Origin: Chiloscyllium plagiosum | Taxonomy: Eukaryota | Length of the DNA: 64,000 nucleotides | Assembly: GCF_004010195.1 (NCBI RefSeq) | Contig: NC_057758.1 | Coordinates: 1,302,983-1,366,982, forward strand | Direction of reading: 5' to 3' | In this document: positions 1 through 14,034 of the stretch, one piece after another | How positions within the stretch are numbered: position 1 is the first letter of the stretch | Layout: every line of letters begins with the position of its first letter | Made by a program: the position numbers and the translations under genes | The notes under the pieces: generated by a model | Databases searched by the model: none | What the model saw: only the letters and a program-made list of their open reading frames with translations | What the model was told of the DNA's origin: nothing

Positions 1-266
1 TTTTTTTTTCCAACAATTGACAATGCGTTAATAGTCTTAATTTGATTTTGGTTTGTATGGTGTGCTTTAGAACAAAGTGGCAATCACGAGACTGATGTGA
101 ACTACATTTTTCCCCAATGGATGCACCTCAACAGATTTGGGATCAGATTGCTGCGTGGCAGATGCATTCCTACCACTGGGCAGGTTTTGATCAATGTAGT
201 CAGGAGAGTAGAACCCAAGATTAAAAATCAGAAAGGAACAGCGGCGCACACTGAATAATTAAAACC

Positions 267-720
267 GAAAAGTGTGGCGCTGTAAAAAGCACAGCAGGTC
301 AGGCAGCATCCCAGAAGCAGGAGAGTCGATGTTTGGTGCATAAGCCCTTCATCAAGAATGTAGACGTTGAAATGGGGCTCTCGGAAACGTAGCTGGGAAG
401 TTGATAGGTGGGTGCAGGTGGGGTGAATTGTGATCTGTCGGTGGGCAGAGTGGAACAAATAGCTAGGAAGGAAGATGGACAGTTCGGACAGGTCAAGAGG
501 GCGGTGCAGGTTTGGAGGGTTGGATGTACGAAGAGGTGTTTGGAGGGGATATTTGGAAACGAGTGAAGTGGCTGTTGATGCCGTGTATTCAAGGGTCCCA
601 AAGTGGAATATGACGCGTTCTTCCTTCAATCCTCGGCTGTCTTAACCTGGAGGTAGAGGAGGACCAGAACTTGTGTGCCCTTGGAGGAGTGGGAGGGGGA
701 GTTGAATTGGTCAGCCCAGG
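267..720 (-). mobile_element. Penelope-like element 3' fragment (GIY-YIG C-terminus + pseudo-LTR with degenerate hammerhead)
   Basis: Minus ORF 'KEERVIFHFGTLE' matches the PLE C-terminal motif also seen at 48005-48190. The same pLTR sequence (GCAGGTCAGGCAGCATCC...GCCCTTCATCA) recurs through the window. Confidence 0.7.
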
Positions 721-1070
721 TTATTTTGTCCTTGGTTTTTTTTTGAAGAGAGTTCATAAAGCCAGAGGTGGTGAGGGGGCTGGGAAGATTGCAGTTGAGC
801 AATGGCAGGAGGGTGGCAAGTTCTCCAGTTTAGGTTAGTTGCTGTATCGGGTCGTCTAAGTCCTCCAATAGTTAAGTGATTTTAAATTCAGGTTTCTTTT
901 GTTCGTGTTTAAACTGCAGTATTTAAATAAATTCTCTTTTGATTAAATGTCACCGGTTTGATCAGCTGCATCACACCCACAATATCCACTCCACATCTGC
1001 CTTTAAATTAAGAAAAAAATGTGGTCTCGACGAATTTCTTAAAATATTTTGAGGGGTTCTAGCCTGGGCC

Positions 1071-1250
1071 AATAGACAATAGACAATAGGTGCAGGAGTA
1101 GGCCATTCTGCCCTTCGAACCTGCACCATCATTCAATATGAGCATGGCTGATCATTCTTAATCAGTATCCTGTTCCTGCCTTATCTCCATAACCCTTGAT
1201 TCCACTATCCTTGAGAGCTCGTTTCAACTCTTTCTTAAATGAATCCAGAG
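1071..1250 (-). mobile_element. LINE 3' terminal fragment with (CTATTGT)n tail
   Basis: Repeated AATAGAC units followed by a CR1/L2-type 3' UTR-like sequence. Confidence 0.55.
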
Positions 1251-3184
1251 AAGAGAAGTGCCAGATCTTCTTAAACCTCTCACTTGCAAAGATAAGTGTA
1301 GCTTGCATATATTTGATTCGTTTCAGCCAGGAACAACAGGTAAAGAAGATGCACAATCAAGAGATACGGGATCATGTCAAACTTTGATGTTGAGAGATGA
1401 GGTCATATGCAACACAGGACTATTTCCAGAAGAAGAGGTAATGCGTGGAATTTCTGATGAGACAAGAAGTGCATCATTCTGTAGAGTGAGGTTACAGTGT
1501 CCAGTGAAAGGTAGAAAAGTGGTCATACGAGTACCGGACAACTTTTTGGCTCCAATAATACAGGTGAGCCTTGGTAACGATATAGCTGAGTGACACATTG
1601 ATGTGCTGGTTAAAACTGCGGTAAATCAGGCAACTGGGGGCATTACAGGAAGTATGCTCCGGGATTTCTTTTCCCGACTGTCTGATAACAAGTTCACAAA
1701 GTCATTAGCTGAAACAGGAGGAGAAATGAAAGAATACCGATCAGCAAGTTGAAGTAGAATCATCAGGAACCTGTTTGATCAAATGTTTGAGACAAAACAG
1801 CAAAAGGTGGAGGTCAAAGGGAATTATTTTTGCTCGGAGAAATTAATTGAGTTTCAACAGAAGGATAATATACTGAAACAATTGCAACAAACAACGTACA
1901 CAGAATAAGTCTCTGAGTGTATCCCTGAATACGACTATCTTAAAATTGAAGTCTTGGTCAGGAAATGGAGAACTGAGGCAGATGGGAAATGGGCAGCGGT
2001 TCGTCAAGTTATATTACCTGTGGCGTATAGAAAGGAAGTGTCGTGGCTAGTGCATGAATTCACAGTAGGTGGTCATTTTGGGGTCAGGCCAGCTGAAGCT
2101 AAAATGCAAAACTCGTTTTTACTGGCTTAGATGACACAAGAATGTAATTGAATTTTGCCAGACATGTCACAGATATCAGATCATTGGAGAAGCGCAGGCA
2201 ACAATAAAACCAGTGCCTTTAATGCCTGTTCTTGCATTTGAGGGAACTTTGACAAGAATCTTAATTGATTGCCCAAGACAAAAATGGGAATCAGTATCTG
2301 TTAACAATAATGTGCCCACCAGACTTCCAGAGGCCAGTCCATTAGACGATTTCACAGCGAAAGTAATTGCAGAAGCGTTACTCAAATTTTCCACTAGATC
2401 CAGACTATTTACAGAGATAAAATCAGATCAAGGGTCGCATTTTGCATCAAAATTATTCAGGGACATTATGGACAACTTTGGAACAAAACATTTCATATCC
2501 AGTGCGTGCTATTCACAATTGCAGGGAACTCCAGAAAGGTGGCATCCGATGTTAAAGACCACGTTAAGGGCTAATGGTCAAGACTATCCAGATGATTGGG
2601 ATAAAGGAATTCCATTTGTGCTGTTTGCCATTAGATTTGCACCAAATGAATTGGCGAAATTCAGTCCATTTAAATTAAATTCTGGGCATGAGGTGAGAGG
2701 ACCACTGAAATTAATTGAGAAATTGGTGAGTCAGAATTCAAGACCACAAATTTTGACTATGTGTTAAATTTTACAGAATGGTTAAATGTATAGAGGAGTT
2801 TTGTAGGTAGTATTTAAAAATAGCACAGTATATGATGAAACAGCACGCACACAAGAAATCAAAAATTTTGCTGAAGCAGTTGAAGTGTTGGTGTTGCTTC
2901 CAGTGATAAGTGAACCTCTGACATCAAGGCTCAGTGTACGTTATCAAGTATAAAGGATATTGAGTCAGGTGACCTATTTGATAAGGACTCCAGACAGAAA
3001 GAAATTTCACAGCGAGTGTCAAGTGAATATGCTCAAAATGGTACTTTCATAGAGAACGAAAGCAAAAGGTGTATGTGTTACGAGTTACAGCCCAGAGTGA
3101 AGAACCAAGATCAGAAAATTATGAAGCGTTCATGCCTCAAAATAATATTGAATGCATGCTCAAAGACTACATAATCAAAATGAG

Positions 3185-4152
3185 TTGGAGTGACTGGAGC
3201 TCAACCATACCGCAGTGGGCCACTGATGTTTCTCATTTTTATAAATGACAGCGATGATTGTGTTGAAGGATGTGTTAGTAGATTTGTGGATGACAGTAAG
3301 GTCGGTGGAGTTGATAGTAGTGCTGAATAATAGGTTACAGAGGGACTTAGATAAGGTGCAGAGCTGGGCTGAGAGGTCGCAAATGGAGTTTAATGCGGAA
3401 AAGTGTGAAGTGATTTATTTTGGAAGGAGCACCATGAATAAAGAGTAATAGTAAGATTTTTGGTAGAATAGATGAGTAGAGAAATCACGGTGTCCATGTA
3501 CATAGATGCCTGAAATTTGCCACCAAGGTTGATCGTTGTTAACAAGGCATACCGTGTGTTCCCTTGTGTTGTTAGAGGGATTAAGTTTCGGAGCCACGAA
3601 GTCATGCTGCAGCTGAACAAAACTCTGTTGCAGCCATACTTGGAGTATTGCATACAGTGTTGGTCACCACATTATCGCAAGCATGTGGAAGTTTTGCAAA
3701 GAGTTCAGAGGAGATTTACTAGGATTTTGCCTGGTATGGAGGTAAAGTTTTAAAAGGAAAGGCTGAAGGACTTGAGGCTGTTTTGGTTAGAGAGAAGAAG
3801 GATGAGCGGTGACTTCATTGAGACATATAAGATAATGAGAGTGTCAGGTAGGGTGGGCAGTGAGAGCCTTTTTTCCTCGGATAGTGATGGCTAGCACGAG
3901 GCTACACAGCTTTGACTTGTGGGTTGATAGATACAGAACAGATGGTCAGAGGTGGCAGAGTGTAGTAAAGTTCGTGGAACTATCTGCTTGCAACGTTAGC
4001 AGACTCGCCAACGTTAAGGGCATTTAAATGGTCAGTGGACAAACATATCAATGAAATCGAATAGTGTAGGATAGAGAGGCTTCAGATTGGTTCCAAAGGT
4101 CGGCGTAACACGACGGCCAAAGGGCCTGTCCTGCACTGTCATGTTCTATGTT
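3185..4152 (+). mobile_element. CR1-clade (HER1-like) LINE 3' fragment nested in the Gypsy element
   Basis: 'LQRDLDKVQSWAERSQMEFNAEKCEVI' and 'LEYCIQCWSPHYRKHVEVLQRVQRRFTR'; ends in a TGTTCTATGTTC tail. Confidence 0.9.
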
Positions 4153-6112
4153 CGATGCTTTAATGGTGCCAAAACCAGATGGTACTGAACAAGTATGTGT
4201 GGGTTATCACAAAGTCAATGCAGTTACAAAGTCTGACTCATATCCGATTCCACGTTTGGAAGACTGTATAGAGAAGGGGGTGGGGGTGGGCATGCAAGGT
4301 ATATTTCGTAGTTGGACTTACTTAGAGGAAACTGTCAGGTATCCTTATCCGAAACAGCAAAGATAAATTCGCCTTTTGTAACACCGAAAGAACTGGATTG
4401 AATTTAAAGTCATGCTGTCTGGTATGAAAAATATGCCCGCTACTTTTCAAATACGAAGCAATAATGTCATGTCTGGATAACTCGCTTGCCTGGTACACAT
4501 CGATGACCTGGTGATTTGTATCCACAGATGGAAGGGACATTTTTGGCATTTGTTGGAATTACTTGATCGACGTCGGGAGGCAGGCTTAGTGGTAAACCTG
4601 GCTAAGAGTGAAATCACTTAAGTGCAAGTTACGTTACTGGACCTTGTCATCAGACATAGACAGATTGCTCTATGGAATGTTATTAGGAAGTTTCTCATAT
4701 CATTGACATAGAGAGGAGTGGTACAATTCCTGCGTTTGCATTAGTTATATTGGAATTTTTAACTGAATTTTAGCAATGTGGCTTCTCCACTCACTAAAAT
4801 ACTGAAGAAATGCAGGACGTTTCAGTGGATGGCAGCCTGAAAGCTGTATTAGTGTCTGCTCCAGTATTAGCCAAAGATAATTACGCAAATCTGCTTAAGG
4901 TGTCTACCGATGTGAGTGATGTGAGTATTGGTGCTGCATTCTTACAAGAAGTGGACGAGAAGTCAGAAAGACTATTGGATGTCTGTCCAGGAAATTGAGC
5001 ATTCATCAACAGAAAATTCCTCAGTTGAGAAGGAATCTTTGCGCTTTCTGTGGTTTTGCAACATTTCAACGTTTATATTGCCAACAATGTGTCCAAGACA
5101 ATCATAGATACTGATTATAACCTATCATGATTTTTGGAGTAATTTAGGGACAAAAATACCGAAATGTTAGAATGAAGCTCATTATTGCAGACATTTAATG
5201 TGACAATTATACATGCGGCAGGGCGAGAAACCATTGTCGAGGCCCAGATAAAAAATTGAGGCATTCAGTGACAGGAGTAAAAGGACTGAAATAGAATCTG
5301 TTGGTGAATGTTTGCGTGGTTGTCGCCAATGCAATGTATATGTATTGTGGTGTACTAACAGGCTAGGACTATGGGTTTAAAGTGAAGCTATCTTATGCGC
5401 ATTTATTTTTTTTAGGGGGCAGGTGTGACGATGCTGTTACTTCAACACGTTTATTTTGTGCTCGAGAATTTTCTTTCAAGAGAGTTCGTAAAGGCAGAAG
5501 AGCCGTGAGGTTTGGAAAGATTCTAATTTAACAATGGCAGGGGAGTGACCAGTTCTCCCAGTACAGGTGCTTTCCACTTTGGTTCAGCTGTGGGTGTCAA
5601 ACAAAATGCTGAAGATCAGAAGAAAGGTTGCAGATAATTCTGGACGGACTTGCTCACTGAAGTATCGTTGGATGTTGATCCATCCTGACTGCAAGAATCT
5701 TTGTTCCAACTTCCTTTTTGGCAACGGGTGTATTTATGTCATGTTACTGGATTGGAACAGTTGGTTAAGTTGCTGTTTCTCATTGGATATGTTTTCCAAG
5801 AGGTATGTTATTCAAAATTCTGCTCTGTTCGTGCTTCAACTCTAGAGTTTTCAAATAAATTTTGGTTTGTTTAAAGCCGTGTGGTTTGACGAGCTGCAGT
5901 ACACCTGGAATATCCACTTCACATCTGCCTTTACAATAAGAAAAACTGATTCCTGAGAACACCACTCGTCTCTAATTGTCAAAAAGAAAAGCACTCATTT
6001 ATGTACACACGCTGCATCCTGTTACTTAACCAATCTTTTATCCATATTAATATCCTGCCCATAACGCCATGCCCCTTTATCATATGCAGCACCCTCTTGT
6101 GCGGTTCCTTAA

Positions 6113-8170
6113 ACATAGAACATAGAACACTTCCCCACATACTGGCCCTTTGGCTCTCGATGTTGTGCCGACCTCCTATCCTACTCTATTTCAAAATAAC
6201 CTACATATGCTTCATTTTACTATTATCCAGGTGCCTATCCAAGAATCACTTAAATGTCCCTAAAACATCTGACTCTACGACCACTGCCGTCCGCGCACTC
6301 GATGCACCTGCCACTCTCAGTACAAAGAGTGTCTTCTAATCCTTCCTCCAATCACCTTAAAAATTATGCTCCCTCGTGATAGTCATTTCCACCCTGGGAA
6401 AACACTCTGTGACTAATCACTCTGTCAATGCCTCTCATCATTTGTGCATCTGTATTAAGTCACCTCTCATTCATCTTCACTCCAATGAAAAAAGCCCTAG
6501 CTCCCTCAACCTTTCTTCAAAACAAATGCCCTCCAGTTCCCGCTGCATCCTGGTAAATCTCATCTGAACTCTCTCGAAAGCTTCCTATGATGAGCCGAAC
6601 AGAATAATGAGCACAATATTCAAAGTGTGGTCTAACTAGGGCTTTATAGATCTTCAGCATAGCCTCACGTTTCTGAAACTTAATCCCCACTGCTAATGAA
6701 AGCCAACACACCTAAACGCCGTGTGAACAACCCTATCAGCTTTGAGGGATCTATGGACATGGACACTAAGATCACTCTGTTCCTCCACACTGCAAGGATC
6801 CTGTCTCGTACTTCCAGAATGAATCACTTCACACTTTTCCAGATTAAACACCATCCACCACTTTGCAGCCCAGATCTGCATCCTGTCAATGTCCCGTTGC
6901 AACCTACAACAACGCTCCACACTATTCAAAACTCCACCATACTTTGTCATTGGCAATCTTACTAAACCATATTTTCTCTTTTTCATCCAAAAGAATTAAG
7001 AAGAGTAGAGGTCCCAGAGCAGATCCCTGTGGCATACCACTTGTGATAGACCTACAGGCTGAATACTTGCCATCTGCTGCCACACTCTGTTTTCAATGGG
7101 ATCGGACAATTCTGTATCCAGACAGCCAAATTTCCCCGTATCCCATGCCTCCTTACTTTCTGAATGAGCTTACCATGGGGAACCTTATCAAATGCCTTGC
7201 TAAAATCCATAAACAGATCCACTGCTCTACCTTCATCAATGTGTTTCGTCACATCCTCAAACATTTCAACAAGCCTTGACATATGTGACCTGCCCCACGA
7301 AAAGCCATACTGGCTATTTCGAATCAAGCTATGCTTTTACAAATAACCATGCAACCTTCCTGTCAGAATCGAGACTAACACTTTGCACACCACCAATGTA
7401 AGACTGACTAATTTGAAATTCCCATGATTATTCCCATTCACTTTCCTGAACAAGGGAATAACACTTTGAGAAACTCCAACTATCTGGTGCTACTCCATTG
7501 GACATTGAGGACGCGAAAGTGCAGTAATTTCTTCTCTCAGTTCCAGTAGTAACCAAGAATATATCCCGTCTTGCCCGGGCACCTCTCTATTCTCACGTTT
7601 ATCAAACTTTCCAGCACATTCGCCTTCTTAACATCAACCTGTTCCAGCATGTCAGGCTGTTTCACGCTGTCCTCAAAAACGATAAGGTCCCTCTCACGAG
7701 TGAATACTAAAGCATTTATTCGTTAATGAACTCCCCTATTCCTCTGACTTCAGGCACGACTTCCCTCCACGATCACTAATTGACCTTACCTTCGCACAGG
7801 CCATCCTCTTGTTTCTCACATAATTACAGAACGCCTTAGGGTATTCCTTAAAAGGACCTATCAAGGCTTTTGCATGCCCCCTTCTCGCTCTCCTGAGTCC
7901 ACGTTTCATCTTCTCCCTGCCTACATGTCACCCTCTAGAGCCCTGTTTGATCCTTGCTTCCACAACCTTAGGTAAGTTTTCTTCTTTCCCTTGACGAGAT
8001 GTTCCACATTTCTTGTCATCTAAGGTTACTTCACACTACCATCCCTTCCTTCCCTCATTGGGACAAATCTATCCAGCAGTTGCAGCAAGTGCTTCCGAAA
8101 CAACATCCATATTTCTATCTTGCATTTCCCTGAGAATATCTGTTTCCAATTAATGCTCCACTGTTCTTGG
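6113..8170 (-). mobile_element. CR1-clade LINE fragment (RT and 3' end)
   Basis: 'SQYGF...AVDLFMDFSKAFDKVPHGKL' and 'LQRDIDRMQIWAAKW...FNLEKCEVIH'; ACATAGA repeat tail at 6113. Confidence 0.9.
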
Positions 8171-8520
8171 AAAGCTCATCGTTGTAGGTGGAAATAGAGA
8201 CGTCGAGACGGGGAAGAGAAGAGTCAGAAATATACCAGTTGAAAGTTAGGGCGACGGTTTGGAGGTGGTGAATGGGAAGTGAAATCCATTAACTTTTCCA
8301 ATGTGCAGACACGGGAGAGAGAAGCAGCAATGACGATATCAATGATATATTGGAGAAAGAGTTGTGAGGGGAGCCAGAATAGAATTGGAACAATGAATGT
8401 TCCATGTACCCGACGAATAGACAAGTGTACCTGTTCCCCATGCGTGTCCCCATGTCCACCTCTCTTAATTGAAGGAAATGAAAGGAGTTGCAATAAACTC
8501 CTTTATTGCAGGGGAGAACA
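8170..8520 (-). mobile_element. Penelope-like RT fragment
   Basis: 'MGTRMGNRYTCLFVGYMEHSLF' and 'LFLQYIIDI' correspond to the PLE RT motifs (MG..MGP.YA.LF; YIDD), frameshifted. Confidence 0.75.
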
Positions 8521-8748
8521 AAGCTAAGGAGGGAACAGCAATTTCTGTAAATGCTCAGCATGTCTGGCAGCATCTGTGAGTAGAAACCAGAGTTAAGGTT
8601 TCGGCACCGCTGGTCCCGTCTAATTAAACATGGGGAAAATAAATCACCCCTCCTCTGTCCCTCTCAAACCAGCCCAGAAGAGGTACAGCACTTTTCCTTT
8701 GCATTGCCAGGAAAACAGACAGTACGGGGTCACAAACAGAGGAAAGTT

Positions 8749-9248
8749 NNNNNNNNNNNNNNNNNNNNNNNNNNNNNNNNNNNNNNNNNNNNNNNNNNNN
8801 NNNNNNNNNNNNNNNNNNNNNNNNNNNNNNNNNNNNNNNNNNNNNNNNNNNNNNNNNNNNNNNNNNNNNNNNNNNNNNNNNNNNNNNNNNNNNNNNNNNN
8901 NNNNNNNNNNNNNNNNNNNNNNNNNNNNNNNNNNNNNNNNNNNNNNNNNNNNNNNNNNNNNNNNNNNNNNNNNNNNNNNNNNNNNNNNNNNNNNNNNNNN
9001 NNNNNNNNNNNNNNNNNNNNNNNNNNNNNNNNNNNNNNNNNNNNNNNNNNNNNNNNNNNNNNNNNNNNNNNNNNNNNNNNNNNNNNNNNNNNNNNNNNNN
9101 NNNNNNNNNNNNNNNNNNNNNNNNNNNNNNNNNNNNNNNNNNNNNNNNNNNNNNNNNNNNNNNNNNNNNNNNNNNNNNNNNNNNNNNNNNNNNNNNNNNN
9201 NNNNNNNNNNNNNNNNNNNNNNNNNNNNNNNNNNNNNNNNNNNNNNNN
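8749..9248. other. Assembly gap (500 N)
   Basis: Run of N. Confidence 1.
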
Positions 9249-10099
9249 CAGTCGAGGTTGGAATCGATAGCGAGACCATAACGCTGTGAAGCAACAATAC
9301 TAACCCCATGTGCCTGCCATAACGCTGTTCTGAAAAGCGTTTACGTAGCTTCTTCGGATGAAACTATCTGTGAAATGAACAAAAATACAAGCAAAACACA
9401 GCCCGTCGTAGTATTAAAGTTATTGACATTAAGACACCCATCTGAGACACTGCCTATTCTGTTACAGAATAACTAGAAAAAAAAATAAAGTGCCAACTTT
9501 AGCAAATAGGGAGAGAAAGGTCAATGAGGTCGCTTCTGTGTAGAACCACTGAGGAACTCAAATTTGAATTTAGGCATTTGCCAGAAGCAACAAATATATG
9601 TAGATTTTTATTAACCACAAAATGGCTTTTCAATTTAAAATAACACAACAAAATGGCTGCAAGTAATTATTCGACTCTGTGAACTTGAACTGATGCTTTG
9701 GTAAGTTGGTTGTATTCAGAGATAAGAGAAAACATTGGAGTTTTCGTAATATTAATCATAAGACAGAGATTTGGTATTCGAACTAACCTTAAACTGATAC
9801 CATGACATGACGGTATTATGTAATGAAGACTCCTTTCCCACGGAATATCTTTGGTTAGCCTGCCGTCAATCTTGTCATCTTATTACATTTGATTTGTCTT
9901 TTGTTGTAATTAAGGCTGTACTGTCAATAATTTTCGAATATAATTGCGCCATTTCTCCAGGGAACACAGATGCTTATAACCTCCATGTTGCTGGACAAAT
10001 CTGCACCAGGCTGCCTTCATTTATGAAACTGGTTACCTTGATTTAAACAGACCGTACTCCGAGTCATTCTTTTGACCGATCTCGAACCAATAGGCCCCT

Positions 10100-12320
10100 T
10101 TGGAGGGGTCTAAATCTTCACCACGGGAGATGGGAAAATATTAAAGGGATATTTTGCGTCAGTTTTTACAGTATAGAAATATATGGATGATAGCGAGCTC
10201 GGACAAATTAATAGTAATACCTTGAAAACAGTCCACAATACAGAACAGGAGATGCCAGAGGTCTTAACAAATACTATAGTGCATAAATTTCCCGGACTTG
10301 ATGATTTGTATTCCAGAACGTTGTGAGAATGTGGGAAAAATAACTGCAGCGACTGAGCAGATATGTTTGTGCTGTCCATGGTCACGGACAAGGTGCAGGA
10401 GGACTTGAGATGGAAGGGCGGGGGGTTGGTTAATATTTTTCATTGATTTAAGAAAGGCTGTAAGGAAAAGTCCAGTAACTGTAGATCATTGAGCCTAATA
10501 TTGGTGATGATTTGGCCTTTGGAGGGAATTCTGAGAGTTGGGATTTATATGTATTTTGAGACACATGGACTGGTTAGGTGTAGTCAGCATGCCTTGGTAT
10601 GCGTAAAATAGCCTCTCAACAGCTTGACTGAGGTTTTTTGAGGACTTAACCAAAAAGATTGATGAGACAGAGCAGTAGATATTGTCAATATGAATTTGAG
10701 TAAAGAACAATATTTGACAAGTTTCCACGTGATAGACTGGTTAATAAGTTTTGATCACAGAGGCTTCATGGAAGGTTCGTTAATTGGGCACAAATTGGTA
10801 TTTACGAAAGAGACAGAGGATAATAGTAGTGGTTTGCATTTTCAGACTGGAGGCCTGTGAACAGTACTATTTGCAGAGGAGGTTCTGGGTCCACTGCCGT
10901 TTGTCATTTACATCAGTGACTTGAACGAGATTTGAGGCGGAACTGTCTCCAAGATTGTGAATGACACTAGAATTGATGCGTTAGTCGATAGTGAGGAAGG
11001 TTGTCTCAGATGACAATGGGGACTTGATCATGTGGCTGTGGAGTGGCAGATGGAATTCGCGTGAGCAAGAGCGTGAGCTTCAAGGTGGTGAGAGCAGGTT
11101 ATCTGAGCGTCGCATGATCGAGGTCAAGCACAGAGCCACAAAGGTCAAACTCTTGTGAGGTGTACAGGTCCATCATTCCCAGGTGCGAAAGGACTGTGGT
11201 GTTGCGCAGTGAATTATGTTTCATTGTTTTCCTACTTTTTATCAGGGAGGACTGGAATATTTAACTTTTCAATGTTGCTTTCTTTGTTATTCTGCTTTGT
11301 ACTGAAATTCTGCACCTAGGTACCTTTGTACAATAGGTGGTGCGCGAAGTGGCGACTTGTAAACTTTTCATTGTAGTCATGTGAGTACATATGGCAATGA
11401 CCATAATTCAATGGGAGACTGTAGGGACTGCAGATACTTGAAGCCAGGGTCAATAGCCGTGGAGCTGGAGAAGCACAGCAGGTCTGACATGACTAGAGGA
11501 GCAGAAAACTCTACTCTTGGGGCCAAAACACCTTATTTCAATTCAAATACGGGCATTCCAATACAGTTAAGTAAACAAGGGCAGGACATGTCCAATAAAT
11601 GATAGAGCCGTGGTGAGTGTTGTCGAGCAGAAAGACCTGTGGGTTCAGTTACATAATACTTTGAAATTTGCATCACGGGTACGCAAATTGTTTTTTTCTT
11701 AAAAGGTGTTTAGCACGGGGTGTGCCTTCATTGCTCAGAACGTCTAGTATCGGAGTTTAGACGTCAAGTTCAGGTTGCTGGAGCCACTTTGGGAGAACCG
11801 CGTACAGTTCTGATTGTCCTGCAGTAAGATGAATGGTATTAAATTACAGAGGTGTCAGATAAAATTTATCAGAATGTTGCATGAACGTAAGTCTATGTTT
11901 TAGAGACAGGCTGCTTTGGCTCGCAATATTTTTTATTGGAGCGTAGGAGGTTGAGGGGTAACCTTACAGAGGCTTATAAACCCTCACGAGGGGCCGAGAT
12001 AAAGTGAAAAGAAAGCCCTCGGGTGGGAGAACTCAAAGCCAAGGGACGCATTTTGAAGGTGCGAAGACAAGGATTGAGAAGGGACCTGAGGGATAATTTT
12101 TGCACTGAGTGAATGTTTCTTATTTGGAATGATCTTTCAGAGGAAGTGCAGATGCAGGTAGAGTTACAGCATTTGGAATAGATTTGTCAAAGTTACATGA
12201 TTAGGAAAGGTTAGAAGGAAAATGGCCAAACGCAGAAATATGGGACTAGCTTGTTTTGGGATTCGTTTGCGGCCTGGATCAATTGTACTGAAGGGTCTGT
12301 TTCTGAGCTTCTTGACTCCA
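10100..12320 (+). mobile_element. Old, degenerate CR1-clade LINE
   Basis: Recognisable remnants (YFASVFT, PGLDD, KGCKEK..NCR, AVDIV) through to a 3' UTR-like end; heavily interrupted. Confidence 0.7.
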
Positions 12321-14034
12321 TCTTTTTAACAAGCTCCTTTTTTTAAAACTTTTTAGTCGCCTCTAAGTGAAAGAAACATCAAGTAACAGAAGACTCTTCC
12401 CAATTAAAAATAAATTGTTTGATAGGTATGAGCAGTCAACACTATGAAACCAGTTAGTACATAAAGTGTTTGCAAATCCATTGCTCACGAGGGAATTGAA
12501 ATGCCAGATGGAGCTGAAAATCCTCATCACAGAAGGGCCAGTAATTTCAAACACATTTGACAGTGAAGTGAGTGGAGGTAAATTATTGAAATGCTGAACC
12601 TGCACTCAACGCAAAACAAAAATGTTGGAAATCACAGTGGGGGAGGCAGCACCCATGGAGAGAGAGTACACCAATGTTTCGAGTCCGGACCACTCTTCTC
12701 CAGTGCTGAGTGGAGAGACATATTTGTTGTCTTTTTAAGGAACAAAGTTTGTACTGCAGAAACAAAGTCGAATTTTACAGGAGGTTTTAAAAATCGGGGT
12801 TTTTATTGCCAGGAATATAATTAATCTCATTGATTAGTGAACGATGCAAGATCTTCGAATTCAAATATTCAAAATAAAATGAACACGCATGTTCGCTGAA
12901 AATTCCTTGTTCAAAATCTTTGGGGTTTGTAATGTTTTCCCGCAGAGTCTATTAAATGAAGAATTTGACAATACGCTTGTTATTTCATGCACTCATGACG
13001 ATGTGATCACACTCACAAACATGCAGTGTCACACATATATACACACATGAATACTACCACTCATATTGGACTGTCACACTCACGACTGTGCACTGACATA
13101 TATTACCTCACACATATGTATACATATACTCCCAGTCACAAACATTGTGAGGCACATATATGTTTTCACACTTAGACACAGTGTCACACGTGCAAGCACG
13201 CACGTACACGGTCAAACATAATCCTGCTGTCTCATGCAATCACTTATTCACAACACCCATCAATACAGGTAAATATAGTCACAGAGTCCCATACTGCATG
13301 AGATTTATCACACATTTGCACTCTCAAATGCCCAGAAAAGCATATTAATTTCTTATATATAAATCTTATCGCACATCTTACACTCATACTACCACACAGG
13401 CTTGCATATGATGGTTATCACACACCAGGTCACTCACATAAGTAATTTAAGATCCATGGGACAGATGCATAGGAACTCTAAATACTTTGAGTATGAAAGA
13501 GTTCACCTCTCGCTTCCAGGTTTTTTTCCCCCCAAACTTCCGTTCCTACCTTTTCCATGCTCTTTCTTGCAGACCTTACCAGGTGTGTCACTCACACTCT
13601 CTTCCTTCACACTCTGTTCTTCTCAATCTCACACTTTTATGACGGTCAATATTTCAGCGCCTCAATCTGCCACTGTTTTTTCTCGATCCCTTTCTCCACT
13701 CTGTCTCCTGAAATACTCCCTCACCCCAATTTTATCTTTCATGCTCTCTGTTTCAGCCTCCTTCTGTGTTATTCCACCGTCCCACTTTCTCCATCTTAGT
13801 CTCGTTCTCCACGTTTCTCTCTCTTTCCAATTCACTATTTCCAACTCTCGCCCAGTTCATCGTTTCAAATACTATTTCAAATACTCCCAACACCGAAATG
13901 CCATCAGTTCTCTTTGCATGCGTCACAACTTAATGATGATGACGAAGAAAACTTCCAAACTCACAGCATTGCATCTGATTATTCCGTGAATAATTCGTGG
14001 GCAACCCAATATCACAACATACCCCATTGCAAGG

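Larger units (their letters stand above)
720..5960 (+). mobile_element. Decayed Gypsy LTR retrotransposon, Gmr1-type order (PR-INT-RT-RNaseH), gag deleted
   Basis: Protease-like '...LGNDIA' (~1580); integrase core 'EIKSDQGSHFASKLF...ERWHPMLKT...DWDKGIPFVLFAIR' (2213-2767); then RT 'VPKPDG...YPIPRLEDCIEK' (4148) and RNaseH 'STDVSDVSIGA' (4810). Purine tract ~5414-5423 precedes a TG-starting 3' LTR at 5424, and 720-1070 resembles parts of that LTR. Many stops and frameshifts. Confidence 0.85.

Noticed and set aside
8630..9309. Long ORFs spanning N runs (also 40806-41714 and 44654-45477)
   Set aside because: Artefacts of translating assembly gaps
13402..13989. 195-aa hydrophobic ORF (similar ones at 20494-20895 and 26243-26569)
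   Set aside because: Translations of CT-rich low-complexity DNA or of the antisense strand of gag; no domain motifs
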